A stretch of 61,370 nucleotides of DNA, the filler included, from Choristocarpus tenellus KU-1152 (taxonomy: Eukaryota > Protista > Phaeophyceae): the NCBI GenBank assembly GCA_964200185.2. It is 9 parts of 9 records of this genome, joined end to end, with 100 filler letters (N's around TTAATTAATTAA, not from the genome) between each part and the next. Parts side by side here need not be neighbours in the genome. Positions count along the whole stretch, not along the records: positions 50,066 to 61,370 come from CAXNAD020002396.1; 8 more parts are not named here. The stretch is one strand, 5' to 3'. Position numbers and translations under genes: made by a program. How positions within the stretch are numbered: the first letter of the stretch is position 1; the number at the start of each line of letters is the position of its first letter. Positions 50,086 through 61,370 of the stretch are shown here, piece by piece. The notes below the pieces were generated by a model. That model saw only the letters and a program-made list of their open reading frames with translations. It made no database searches and was not told where the DNA came from.

Positions 50086-50193
50086 TCACAGCAAAGCTCC
50101 CTCCTCTCCATGAGTATATTTCCACCACTAGGCCAACTGCCCTCCTCACCTACACCGTCACCACACATCCTCCTACCCTCTCTTATGGTCAAG

Positions 50194-53100
50194 ATATTTT
50201 GTGGGTACATACGAGGCCCGGCCAGGAGCAGGCGCATCTGACTACACAAACCCCCACCCTGACTACAGCCCAGGCAGTCGGCAAGGAGACTCTCCAATGG
50301 GAACACTGACGAGTCAAACATTTACAATAGGGAGTACTGAGATATCAGAGGTGAGGCGAGGTGATGGAGACAGGTAGGAGTTTTACCCTGTTTGTCTGTT
50401 CAGGGCTTGGCTTCCCACGGGTTTTTTTGCCCTTTTTCGGCTTTCTGTGTGAACAGAGTTACATAAAATGTATAGGACTATGAGAGGTGTGTCCAGAGCA
50501 AGGATATTGACACTTGCTAACAAACAGAACAGTCTAACATCATAAAAATCGCAACATTGAATTTATGATCCCAAACAGACACAGCCCTACCCTCTGAAAT
50601 ACTTTTGACTCGGATTGAGGAAAATATGAAAGCTTGAACTCATTGGGACTCCATTTCTCTTTTTCCTTGTTTGATGTCCCTTTCGCTGTTTGCACTTCGT
50701 TAGTGCCACTTCTTTTCCCTCCACCTCCGAACACTCGTCATTTTGCTCCCTCTGCTTCCATCCCCAACCATATTTTCCAATAATCCCCTTAATGGTTACT
50801 GGAACTCTAGGGGGTAACTACTGTGGGAGTATCAGAGGCAAGGGTGAATTTCCTGATCGGTGGGGGATGCGACGATCGGACAATATTTGTGGAGCTTTTG
50901 GTGGATGGGGTGGGTGTGGCCAAGGCAACTGGAGACTGTACAGAGGAGATGAAACCAGTCATGTAAGTGGGATAGATGGCAAAGACGGCTAGCATTTGGG
51001 AGGTAAGGCATGATCAGAAACAGGATCATCCCAAGAAATAGAGAATTATTACAGGGTAATTTGAAGAACATGACAGTTTCCAAACGGAGACACCTTTATG
51101 TCCCCAGCTGTCCTTACAAGAACAAAGAGACAGATCAAGTGTTGTTGTTCACATTAAGGGTCAATCCCCCATAATCTCTTACCAATGATCATCTAGTGGC
51201 TTGCAGACTACGAAAATAGTGTTTTGAGTCTAGAAATAGGTTGTCAAATTCATGAGATAGCAAGACGGCGTTTCTTGTTGGGTTGTTGACTCAAAATGTA
51301 AAGTGAGGTAGGTGACACATACTTTAGAAGTTGCAAAGAATAGCATTACATGCTCAATTGCAAATGGGTACCACAATAGATTATTGCTGGTTGTGGTCGA
51401 TTCACTCTTGGTTATCTGAGCAGGAACAGAAATATATCTCCAGACTCTTGACTAACCTTAATCCTCGTTGTTACCCACCTCAATCCAACCCAACCTTATT
51501 CCTGTCTACTCTTATGACTCTCGAAGGTGGGATGTTTCTATGTATGAGGGTCGAGCAGGACAGATTCGGGTGGTGGATGCATCCTCCTCCTCCCCTTGGG
51601 GTCACATCAGTGTCGATGAGTTTGACCTCACCTGGGAACACAGGGGAGGCATCCATACAGAGAGGTAGGTGACTATGGATCTCATTCACATTTCTCCCTC
51701 TTCTCTTTCCCCTGCTCGTGCTCTTCATCCTGACTTTGGGAAGAGACCACACCGATCTCTGATGTTACCCTGATGAAACAATAGTGGACGATTTGTGTAA
51801 TGCTACAGAGTAGGGCAAACTGATGGGGAAGGGGAGAAGCGAACACCGAGTGGCAACGAGGGGCGATGATTGCATTGATCCAACTTTGTAACATGCGAGT
51901 ATGGAGGGCATAATTTCAAATTAGCACCCAATGTCATGAGTTTTCATCCCGTTTTAGAAACAATGTGTTCCTAAACAAGATGCTGTGAGTGGCCAATAAA
52001 CACAAGCAAGTTTTCTCCCAGCACACTTACTGAGTACGGTTCTTCAGACTGCTATCAATATGCCCTCCTCTTGCACCCCCAATGATATCACAATACTCAG
52101 TCATACTTGAAGCCCAAGAGACATATCAAGATGTTCAATTATAATGTCAAGGGGTAAGTAGAACCTTAAGTAGAACAATACTTTCTTGCAACCCCAAACG
52201 GATTATTGATGTCTCGCAGATATAGATAGTATGCATTCTCTCTTCCACCTCTCTTACTCCCTCAAGCGCACAAAAAATAATGTTACACCTTCAAATGTCA
52301 CATCTTCAAAGTTGGAGGAACTGCCAGAGGATCCGTTTTTTCATTGAGTTTTGGGTACTCAACATTCCACAGGTGGATTCTCTCGTCAATATACTTTATA
52401 GTAATAGATATGTAGATCTAGTAGAGGTCTGTCCTTACACCATGCTTCCATTAATGTTCGTCCTATAGGTAGTCTAAAACAACAGCCCAACCCGACTGAA
52501 CAACTAGCAAACCCCTTCTGCCCTCTCTCTTTTACTGAGTTCTCTTCATTGTCTCTCCTGCCTTCTACACTTTTAATTCATGTTCTGGTCTTACCCCCAG
52601 GAACCCTGAAACCATTCGTAAGATGAGCAGTTTGTTCAACTCCACAGCTAATACGACATCAGCCGTGTCCTACAAGGCACACTACACCTCCAAAGAGGAT
52701 GGAACATCCCGTGCTGGCTCTGCGTATGTCTTTTCATACCTGGCTGGGAGAAGTTACTCCAGCACCAGCTTAGGTGGCAATGGGGACAGCTCTTGTCCCT
52801 CCCATCCTCTAAAGTTCAGACTCTCTCGCTCCCCAGTTGATTCTGATTCCCTCCCAGCATCGTTCTACGAGCCAGATCCAGAAGCAATAGTCACATTAGA
52901 CTACTGCCCACTCGGGGGTGCCAAGGCAAACTGCCACTGGCAGGAGGTGGCCAAGCTTGTTGCGAGTGACAGGCGTGGAGATGATAAGTTTGCCCATAGT
53001 CTGTCTGTTGACCATGATGCTGGCTTGGCAATTGTTGGGGCTCCTGGGGCCTCGCTGACCGGGTTGTGGCTGGAGGTGAAAGGAAATGATACTGTTGCTT

Positions 53101-56100
53101 TCCTATTTTTTCACATGTAGATTTCTTACCTGAAGTGTTCTTCAATTATCTTCACAAGTTTGAGAAACACCCAAAAAGATTATAGAGCAACTATAGCATT
53201 GCCATGAAACTCTAGCTATCCTGTTTGAAATGTCATTTAGCTGCAGTTTTTCACACCAATGCTTTGAAAGGAAGTTAGTTAGCTCTCTCAGTCCAGGAAA
53301 AAATGGTGAATAGCAACCTGTAGGGGAGAGAATGAGATACTTTCAATCGAATCATTTTATCACCTCGTCAAACCACCACCCAATATACTTCACACCCTCT
53401 TCAGGATTCTATCTGGCCCGGCAATTTTCGTGTATTCTGGAGTATAATAATTGTGTGTTGAGTTAGGATTGGGACTAGGAATCATGTATGGGCAATATGA
53501 AAATCTCATTCAAAGATTATTGGCACAAATATCCTGTAATATAATGTGTTGAATTCCTTCCAAACAGAATAGTGTGGAAATGTGTTCACTGTTAGATTCT
53601 GTCTCCAATGCTGAGTCCATCAACCTTGCCACTTCTCCTACAAAACCTGTCTCAACCTGTCTCACCAAAACAGTCTCCCACAGTGTACACAACTACCAAT
53701 CCACATGGGGAAGCAACAAAAACCCAGGCCACCCGGGTTCCCCTCCCTGTGGACCCTCGCAATGCTGCCAAGTTTAGGTTCAAAGGGGCATATGGCTCAA
53801 CTGCTCAGGGTGGCAGTGGAGCCCCAGCGATATGGGAGGTGAGATTCACCATCTGTGTGAGTAGAGAGTGGCAGTTTCTATGGCAGGATGGGTTGGCTGG
53901 ATGAGAGGGTTGTAAGAAGACTTGAATATGGAAGATCTCGCAGTACATCTGCTAGGAAGAATTCGTTAGGCCTACCAATTCAAATATATGTTTCTGCGTC
54001 GCTTTTGGAGTTATTTGTAGACTCTGTGAATGATCTTGGGGACTATACTGTTACAAACAGACCTTGGACCTGTTGTACGGTGCTTCAGATAGTCAGAGCA
54101 TGTGGATCATCATTATTACCAGGCATTCTTTTTGCACACTCAGGGTGACATGAAAGATAAGGATGGTATGAAGAGCAAAGTCACTACTTTGGACATATTG
54201 AGTACTCATGATCCGAGTACATTCAATACCACAGAGTGACTTGGAGTAGAAAGCCGTATGAATACTTGTAGTTTTTGAGAGAAGATACAAACACTGTTCT
54301 CTGAACTGAAATAGTGGCATGGTCCACTTTCCTGTTCCTGTGCAGCTGCACCAGGAAGTCACCAAAGAATTGATAGAGTGAAAGTATCTTAGAGGGTACG
54401 AGTTTTGCCCTGTTTGCCAGTTTGGGTTTGGTTTCCCACGGGTTCTTGATGACACTTTACCTAATCCAAACTGTTTCGGAGCTGGTAAAATGTATACGTT
54501 ATGAAAAGTTGTGTCTCGAACAAGGATATTAACACTTCCTAAGAGTGAAAGTATCTTAGAGGGTAGAAGTTTTGCCTTGTTTGTCCATTTGGGGCTTAGC
54601 TTCCCACAGTTTTTTAAATGACTTTTTACCTACTCTGAAATGTTTTGAAGTAGCTAAAATGTGTACGTTATTAAAGGTGTGTCCGAAACATAGATATTGA
54701 CACTTCCTAACTAACACGATAGCCAAAATTACATCAAAATCACNNNNNNNNNNTATTTTGACCCCCAAATGGACACGACTCTACCCTCTAAGATACTTTG
54801 GCTCTAACAAACATTATAGCCAGAATTATATCAAAATCGCAACAATGGATTTTGGCCCCCAAATGGACAAGGGTATACCCTCTAAGATACTTTGGTTTGA
54901 TATGTGTACTTATGTTGGACACTGGGTATTGACCTCTTGTCTTCTTTCACAGGTAGTTCATCATACCATAAATCAATACACTATTCTCCAACAGTACAGG
55001 TCTTCTCCAATCTTTGGGTCAATAGCCCTAAATGGAATCCATTCCTTCGGCGTGATTACATAGATTTCTCCTAATCCTAGATGTATATACAATGCGTGTC
55101 AAATTGCAACTCGGTGTTGATTTGTTCAACATAGCAATATGTTGGCAGGGTGTGAGTATGGAGGTTAAAGCACCAAGGTACTACCTGACTTCCCGGGCAT
55201 TCCACCCCAAAATGAAATATAGTTCATAGCAAGGATGTTGAGAGTGACTAATACATACAAGCATGTTGTACTCCAGTGCAGTACTGATTATAAATTTCTT
55301 CAAAATACTCCTTAACATCGTCCCCTTGCCTCCAAAATGGTAGGAAAAACGAAAAAGCAACAACTTTGGGAATCTTAATGTAATTTGTGAGCACAGTCTA
55401 ACTCTTGGAACCTGACAACTCCCCCAGATGGAGCAAACCCCCACCAGCTTACACACCTGTGCCGTCTTCACACATTCACCCCTTACCCTCCAAGCTCCCT
55501 CCTGTCATCCTCACCCAACAGTTGCAGCAGACGGATTATGCCCTGAGCATTTCCAAGCAGGAGTTCAACACCAGAGGGAATGCACAGGTAGGCAGCATAT
55601 TAGATTCATACTAAAACAACCCCTGTCTATCCGTCTTGCCTATATGTCAGCCATCTTGTCAACAATTTATAGGATTGTGAGAATAAATTGTCTGCAAGTC
55701 TCCTTTGTGGTAGAGTGTGTCGAATGAGTAATTATTGCTTCCCATGTATGTCATCAAGTTTTGATAGTCAAGGAAAGAAAAATGCCTCACCCATTTGCAC
55801 AATACTTCCAAGTACTTCATTCTCCAGTGTTTAAGAAAGACTTAGCCTGGGATTAGAGATGCAGACGAGTACCTTTCACCTCAAATCACACAGCTTTAAT
55901 AAAGGTCACACCTGTGGACATGTGGGGAAATCCCACCTCTGCAGCAAAATACTGGAGTACTATCAATCAAGAGCACTCTCACAGTGGTCTCAATAGTTGA
56001 TGCACATACTTTAGCACTAAACTAGATCGTGGGCATGCCTATGGTCAAGTGTGTAATCTATTGTTGCAAAAAACAGCTCAACTTTTCGAGACCTCATATC

Positions 56101-59100
56101 CTTCACTTCTCTGTGCATGTGCCAGAGATACTGCTTGGCATTGTCCCGATTCCTCTCACCTCTTACTCTATCCACTTGGCAATCCTAATTTGCAGATACA
56201 TCTCTCTTCCTCCCTCTCGCAGTTATATGCAAAGAATACCCCAAGTACTGCCAAAGTTTCACAGCCCTTCCATTCACCAACCCTATTTCAAGGCTGGGGC
56301 TGTATATGTCTTCAAGCGGCATGCTGAGCTACGTGATTCCAAGGGGGCATTGTTGCCCGGGGGTGTTGCAGTTTGGCCTGGGGCAGAGCACTTCAAACTG
56401 CAAGCACATGATGCTGCAGCTGCAGATCGTTTTGGATCAGCTGTTTCATACCTGGCAAGTTGTGAATCTTGTACTTTCCTTCAGAGCTTCCAACGTCAAG
56501 ATTCGATTCCACACATGAAGGGGTGACCATAGGTTAGCACCTGGTTTCAGACTAAGACTCATGTTCATTCTTGATTGCTTGTGCGATTAGGATGTGAAAA
56601 AGATCAGTGTTGCCCCCACAGTAGAAGCGTGAGATAATTGCATACAAATTATGGAGTTATCTTGGTCCCACTTAAAAGAAGTAGAAGAACTATGGAGATC
56701 ATGTCCATTGTCTATTAAATTCGAAAAAAACAATGGAAAGTCGAATACACCAATGGGCAATATACCCAGGAAAATATTTTCAGGCAGCAAATTCCACTTG
56801 CCACAAGCAGTGTTGATTTTCAGAAGCTTCTCTTGAGTTGGGTAGTTTGTCAGATCACTACTTCTTCAGCTGTCTCCAACAAAGCCAGCACATAGGAACA
56901 CATACTTCCAATTTGCAGGCACACTAGGCCTTTATATAATCTACCTTGATGGTGCATATTCACAGAATATTTCCTACGAGTAGCATATGTCATTTGACAA
57001 TGCTTTGTATTTGAAATGCAGATTGCTTCTCCAAATCCTTTTTAAAACAACTTCAGAAATCGCTATCAATACTGCTGTGGTGTTGAATGCACAAGTACTA
57101 CATTTTGCAACGACTCAGGGTGCTGAAGTTGTACCTCTTCAAGTATCCCCACTCCCACCCCCCTCTTTAGTCCAACCTATCCTTTACATTTATATTATTT
57201 GTCAAATCTTCTGTCAATTTTCTCAACACCATGAGCATTCAATGTTTATGTCAGAGTAGGAGCGGTGCAATACTGGTACAGAACTCTGGTGGTAAGTAGT
57301 GATCCGTCCAATAATGAACATTAGGTCTGTGATTAGCAACTTAATTGTGGCGTTCCTCAATAGCTTCCCTCTATAATCAACCAAACATCGTCTTCCCTTG
57401 CGGACCCCCTTCTCCTTGCCACCAACCTCCTCTAATCTCAGTCTCAGGACCGTGCTCTCTTTGTTGGGGCACCTCGTTCAGATTCGTTTGGAAGGGATGC
57501 TGGGGCGGTATACCAGCTGGATTTGGGTGCCGCACATGTGGGGTTCTCACAGAAGGAATATGTTGTAGAGGCAAGTCTAACTAAGAAAAACAGCAGAATA
57601 AAAATCTAGTGTTACCTTGGTGCATTTGTGTGTGTTTGGTCGGGAACATTTTATATTCTTTGTATTGTCTGGATAGGAAAATTGGAAACCTGGCCCTCTG
57701 CTGCAGTGAAATCGAGAGGGAGATTGAGATGGAAAGGATAAGGGTAGAACACAACATTGGCGATTTACAAGAAGGGGGTGGAGGGTGCTTTATCCGGAAT
57801 TATACTCACAGGCAAACTGAAAGGGAGTGAATCAGGTGAAGAACGAGAGGATGAAGGAAGTATTCAGAATACTACATAGAGCATAGCTCTGCAAAGGTTC
57901 AAAAGGCCAATGGAGAAGGAGGATTGCGGTTGACATTTTGTAGACACGTTATGACAAGACTAAAGGATATGCATTCATTCTATTGTTTGACGTCACTCCA
58001 GATCTCTGTGTAGGAGGTAAAAATGCTCACTGTACATGTCCGCCACTACTCGGACAGCTTGTTCTTCAAGATGTCTGAATTATTTACTTAATAGTGAAAA
58101 TTGGTCTGGAGGGTAGGGGAGGGTGCTGTGTGTTGGAATCAACTGGGGCAAAATATCATAGAGAACATGCCACAACAGGAGAACAATCGTGATACCTCAT
58201 GGTTCAGTCAAAGCTGGGAATGATCAGAAATTAGTCAAATTTTTGTCTTGCTCTGTACCCCGATTTATGAACAAGGCTTGAAAACGTATGAATTACCTTC
58301 TAGACACAGAAGATTACCTAGGGCAGCGTTCCGAGTTATGTTGTGAGGTATGTTGCCGAGGACAACACGGTTTTCTCAAATTTAGACAAGGTACAGAATT
58401 GCCAGCACCCATATCTATCAGCCCCTCCAAGAGAGGTGAGAACACATTTCAATATACATTGTACTTGAAAGTACATCCTAAGTGAGTGAAGGATGTTTCA
58501 CGATTTGAGCCTGCTAGGTGGATGTGATTAGCAATGGTAGGGGAAAACTGCCTGTTTCGGAGGCTGCATTGTACACTGAGTGCTCTTACTCCATAGTACT
58601 TCCGACCATACATTCCGAAAGATGAAGATCTTCTTGGGTTTCAATTTTTTTTTGCAACTAATTTTGGATTGCACCATTGATCATTACTGACAGACCCCCT
58701 TCCTTAGATCAATGTTGCCCAGATTGGATCAGCACAATGAGACCATTGTGGATCGGCCCTAGGCCCTTGCTTAGACAATCCTCACAAACCGACATCTGCG
58801 CATGCTATACCAGTGGTGGTTGCCAGAAAGAATAATTTAAACCCGCAGAGTAAGAATGACAAACATGGGAGATGATGAAACATTGATGTGCACAACATGA
58901 TTATGTTTGTGTCACAATTGAACCAGGCTATCATTTTTGGGGGGGCAACTACTACTGTATCTTTTTAAGAGTACTAGAGCAAACCAAACAGGTGGAGAGT
59001 CCTTGTGGGAATACCCTGCAAGAGAACGGGTTTGCATGGTTCACCGAGGGAAATTCGTGTCATTACACGTGCACACTACTATTTTCTAGTCGCTCCTGTC

Positions 59101-60475
59101 TGGTGTGGTTATTTTGCCTCACAACAACTTCCACCAACCCATGCCCAACCTTGCCTTGCCATCCCTCATTCATTGGGTATCCTCCGGATGCCACCTTAGT
59201 GCTCCAGAACTGACTCTGGTACAGACTGAGCAGATGGAAACCCTTTATAATAATGTCATGTAGACACACGATTTCTTTGCACTTCCCTTCAGTTCTAGCT
59301 GTCCACCCCAACCCTACACAGTCCGACCCAGCAGACCACCCAGAACTCTCGGTGCAAGTCCTTCCCCCTTAAACTGTATCCCCTCACACACTCACCATCC
59401 ACAAAGCACTCAGTGTGCAAGAATAGGTCTCCATTACCCATCATCTCCTCAACCTGTCACTTCTAATCTGCAATTAACAACAGTATCTTGACTCTCATCT
59501 TAACTTGTACTTTCTCAGGAAGGGGCATGGCGCCATCTGCACCAGGCAAAGCCATTCCGTGACGGCTGGAAGGTATCCATATCAGTTGTTCGTGATCTTA
59601 AGCATACCTCTGACTGGGTCACTGTGGCCTTTGCCACGAGCGATCTCTCAGCCCTGGGCGTGGATTACACTGCATATGAACAATGCTGGGACCTTCCAAT
59701 TACAGAGAGAGATCCGGTAAGACCTGAGGAGAATGAAAGGGCTTATCTGTTACGGAAGGCAGGTCTCTCAAAATGCTGCACTCTTTGTCCTAGTTACTCC
59801 ACCGGTATTTATCATCCTGGGGGAGGGGGGTGGCTGAATAGTGTGTGATCAGTTAGATATGAGTATTAGTAGGAAGAGGGTAGTACAAGAAATGAAATCT
59901 AAAAAATGCTGTTGGAACAAAGGATCCACTGCGGAGAAACACACATTCTACAAACCACAAGATTGGGTGCCTCGATGGAATATACATTTTTGGCGAGTAG
60001 GAGGGGCATGGCAAAACGATATTTATAATAATATCAATATCTGGAGGGGAAGAAGACTTGATTTGAAAATCGACTACTTTGGAGTATCCACATTGCAAAT
60101 TAATGCATCATCCGTATACCTGGTGACAGCCGAAGGCACAAGCTGGGATGAATTCATATACCCTTGCGACTATGTTGTCACACTTTGCACTCCACCCCCC
60201 CCACCTTTATCATTCATGTCTGTACTGTGTGATTAACTTCCTTGCAGAGTGTCTGTGGTGACTATGAGCAGACAGCTGGGGAACTGACATTTGCACCTGG
60301 GCAGCAAGAGAGGACATTCTTTGTTCGAGTGATGGATGACCACTGCTATGAGCACTATCCTGAGTATGTACAGCTATCCCTTAGCATTCCAGGCGGTGCA
60401 GCCCTGCGAGGAGAGGAATACCTAGCAAAGCTGCGCATCGACGACAATGACAGAGGCAGGCATGAATGCCACTGA
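50194..60475 (+). CDS. FG-GAP (integrin-alpha-like) repeat and Calx-beta domain protein; 5'-truncated
   Basis: Exons 50194-50350, 50811-50962, 51527-51664, 52601-53075, 53674-53838, 55522-55587, 56293-56454, 57442/57448-57570, 59519-59716 and 60248-60475. FG-GAP motifs AGSAYVF, KLVASD..DKFAHS..IVGAPG, AGAVYVF, DRFGSAV and FVGAP. Calx-beta DYEQTAGELTFAPGQ..VMDD..E..IDDND. Confidence 0.88.
50373..50611. mobile_element. MITE family B, left TIR lost, intronic
   Basis: Interior similar to the 30232 copy; ends ACCCTCTGAAATACTTTTGACTC. Confidence 0.75.
54376..54898. mobile_element. MITE family B (outer copy), interrupted by a second B copy
   Basis: GAGTGAAAGTATCTTAGAGGGT...CTCTAAGATACTTTGGTTT; TSD GATA on both sides. 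Confidence 0.9.
54543..54804. mobile_element. MITE family B (inner, nested copy)
   Basis: Full TIRs; flanked by (C)TAA on both sides; contains a 10-N gap. Confidence 0.9.
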
Positions 60476-61328
60476 GATTCTTCTGCAAACCATCCTGAGG
60501 AATTGGCCTGCAGGCCTTGGTATTAGTGGTATCGTAGATAATGGCAACTGCTTTAGTGGAATGCTGTTACCAACATGCTGCCTCACTAGTGGTCTTTCTC
60601 CCTGCTTGTCTAGAGATCTTGCCCTTGCAACCAAACCCGTACTTGACTGTTGTGGGGCAGTATTGCCTCTCGCTGGGTCAAGGATCACCAACTGCTTGTT
60701 TTATGCATACCCCTGTTCAAATTGACCCTAAATTATGAATTTATAGTGTAAAGGAGCTTTGCTTTCACAGGTCTGTTTTCATCAACAGTTACATAAGGCA
60801 TTATGGTAAGCATACAATTTTATTCTGCATTACTCAATATGGTCCATAGATTCAGCTAAATTTGCAGTTCCCCTCGATTATCATGACAAAGGCCTGTGTT
60901 GGCAGCTGCTGTCCTATTCAACAAACGAGAACTGCAAAAATTCCATAGACCCCCACCAACTAGAGGCTTATGTGCTGGAATGCTTGATGTCAGAGCTGGG
61001 ATGTTCTACCCAATTCAGTCTCAAATTTTCCATTCCTATTGCAGTCAAGATTTCAGATTATTATTCAAAGTGAATAGCAAGTGAACAGCACACAACAAGA
61101 GAGATCATATTTTATTAAATTCGTCTCACAGCTATGGCAATATGCCTTGATCCCACTGCAATTGTAGATGGTCAGAAATTGGCCTTGAAAGGCTTGTGTT
61201 GTGTGAGAGTACCAAAGCCCTGAGTCGTTTCACGTTCACTTTCCTTTCTTCTTCTTGGGATATATGTTGCCCAAGCATTTTTCCTATATAGGTATAGGAT
61301 AAAAGGATTATCTTGCGAAGGTGGAAAG

Positions 61329-61370
61329 GTGTCATAGTACCTTAGAGGGGGGGGGGGTGTTTAACCCAGG
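61329..61370. mobile_element. Degenerate MITE left end at window edge
   Basis: GTGTCATAGTACCTTAGAGGGGGGG. Confidence 0.55.

Noticed and set aside
54539-54807. PIF/Harbinger (Tourist) classification from the TAA duplication
   Set aside because: Five other copies have clear 4-bp TSDs of varied sequence, and this one can also be read as CTAA.
59717-59765. A further GC donor (AAG|GCAGGT)
   Set aside because: A strong in-phase GT donor (CCG|GTAAGA) at 59717 explains the junction.

Overview
This is eukaryotic, intron-rich DNA. It is probably a flagellated stramenopile of brown-alga type, an inference from the TTAGGG repeats, the axonemal dynein and the style of the genes and transposons. The window is not one locus. 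It is nine separate contigs joined by artificial 100-bp N44-TTAATTAATTAA-N44 linkers, so neighbourhoods across linkers mean nothing. Genes reconstructed by hand from splice sites: a NUDT5-like Nudix hydrolase with a C-terminal hydrophobic tail, an SGNH-like type II membrane protein, a DRAP1/NC2-alpha-like histone-fold gene absent from the ORF track, a kinesin-4 motor (5' part), an ABCD-type transporter (5' part), a KHA/ubiquitin-like domain gene, a DNAH2-like axonemal dynein heavy chain fragment, an FG-GAP + Calx-beta protein (3' part), and several weakly supported fragments. Mobile DNA is abundant. There are about 20 copies of two related MITE families with TIR core AAAGTATCT and 4-bp target duplications, a decayed Sola2-type transposase, a Copia LTR+gag relic inserted in it, a Gypsy protease/RT relic, and the 3' end of a CRE-like non-LTR element ending in TTAGGG repeats. 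No clear-cut novel system is proven. The best leads are the Sola2/MITE system, the telomere-repeat-associated CRE-like element, the putatively tail-anchored NUDT5, three GC-AG introns, and a bacterial-type beta-sandwich module inside the FG-GAP protein.
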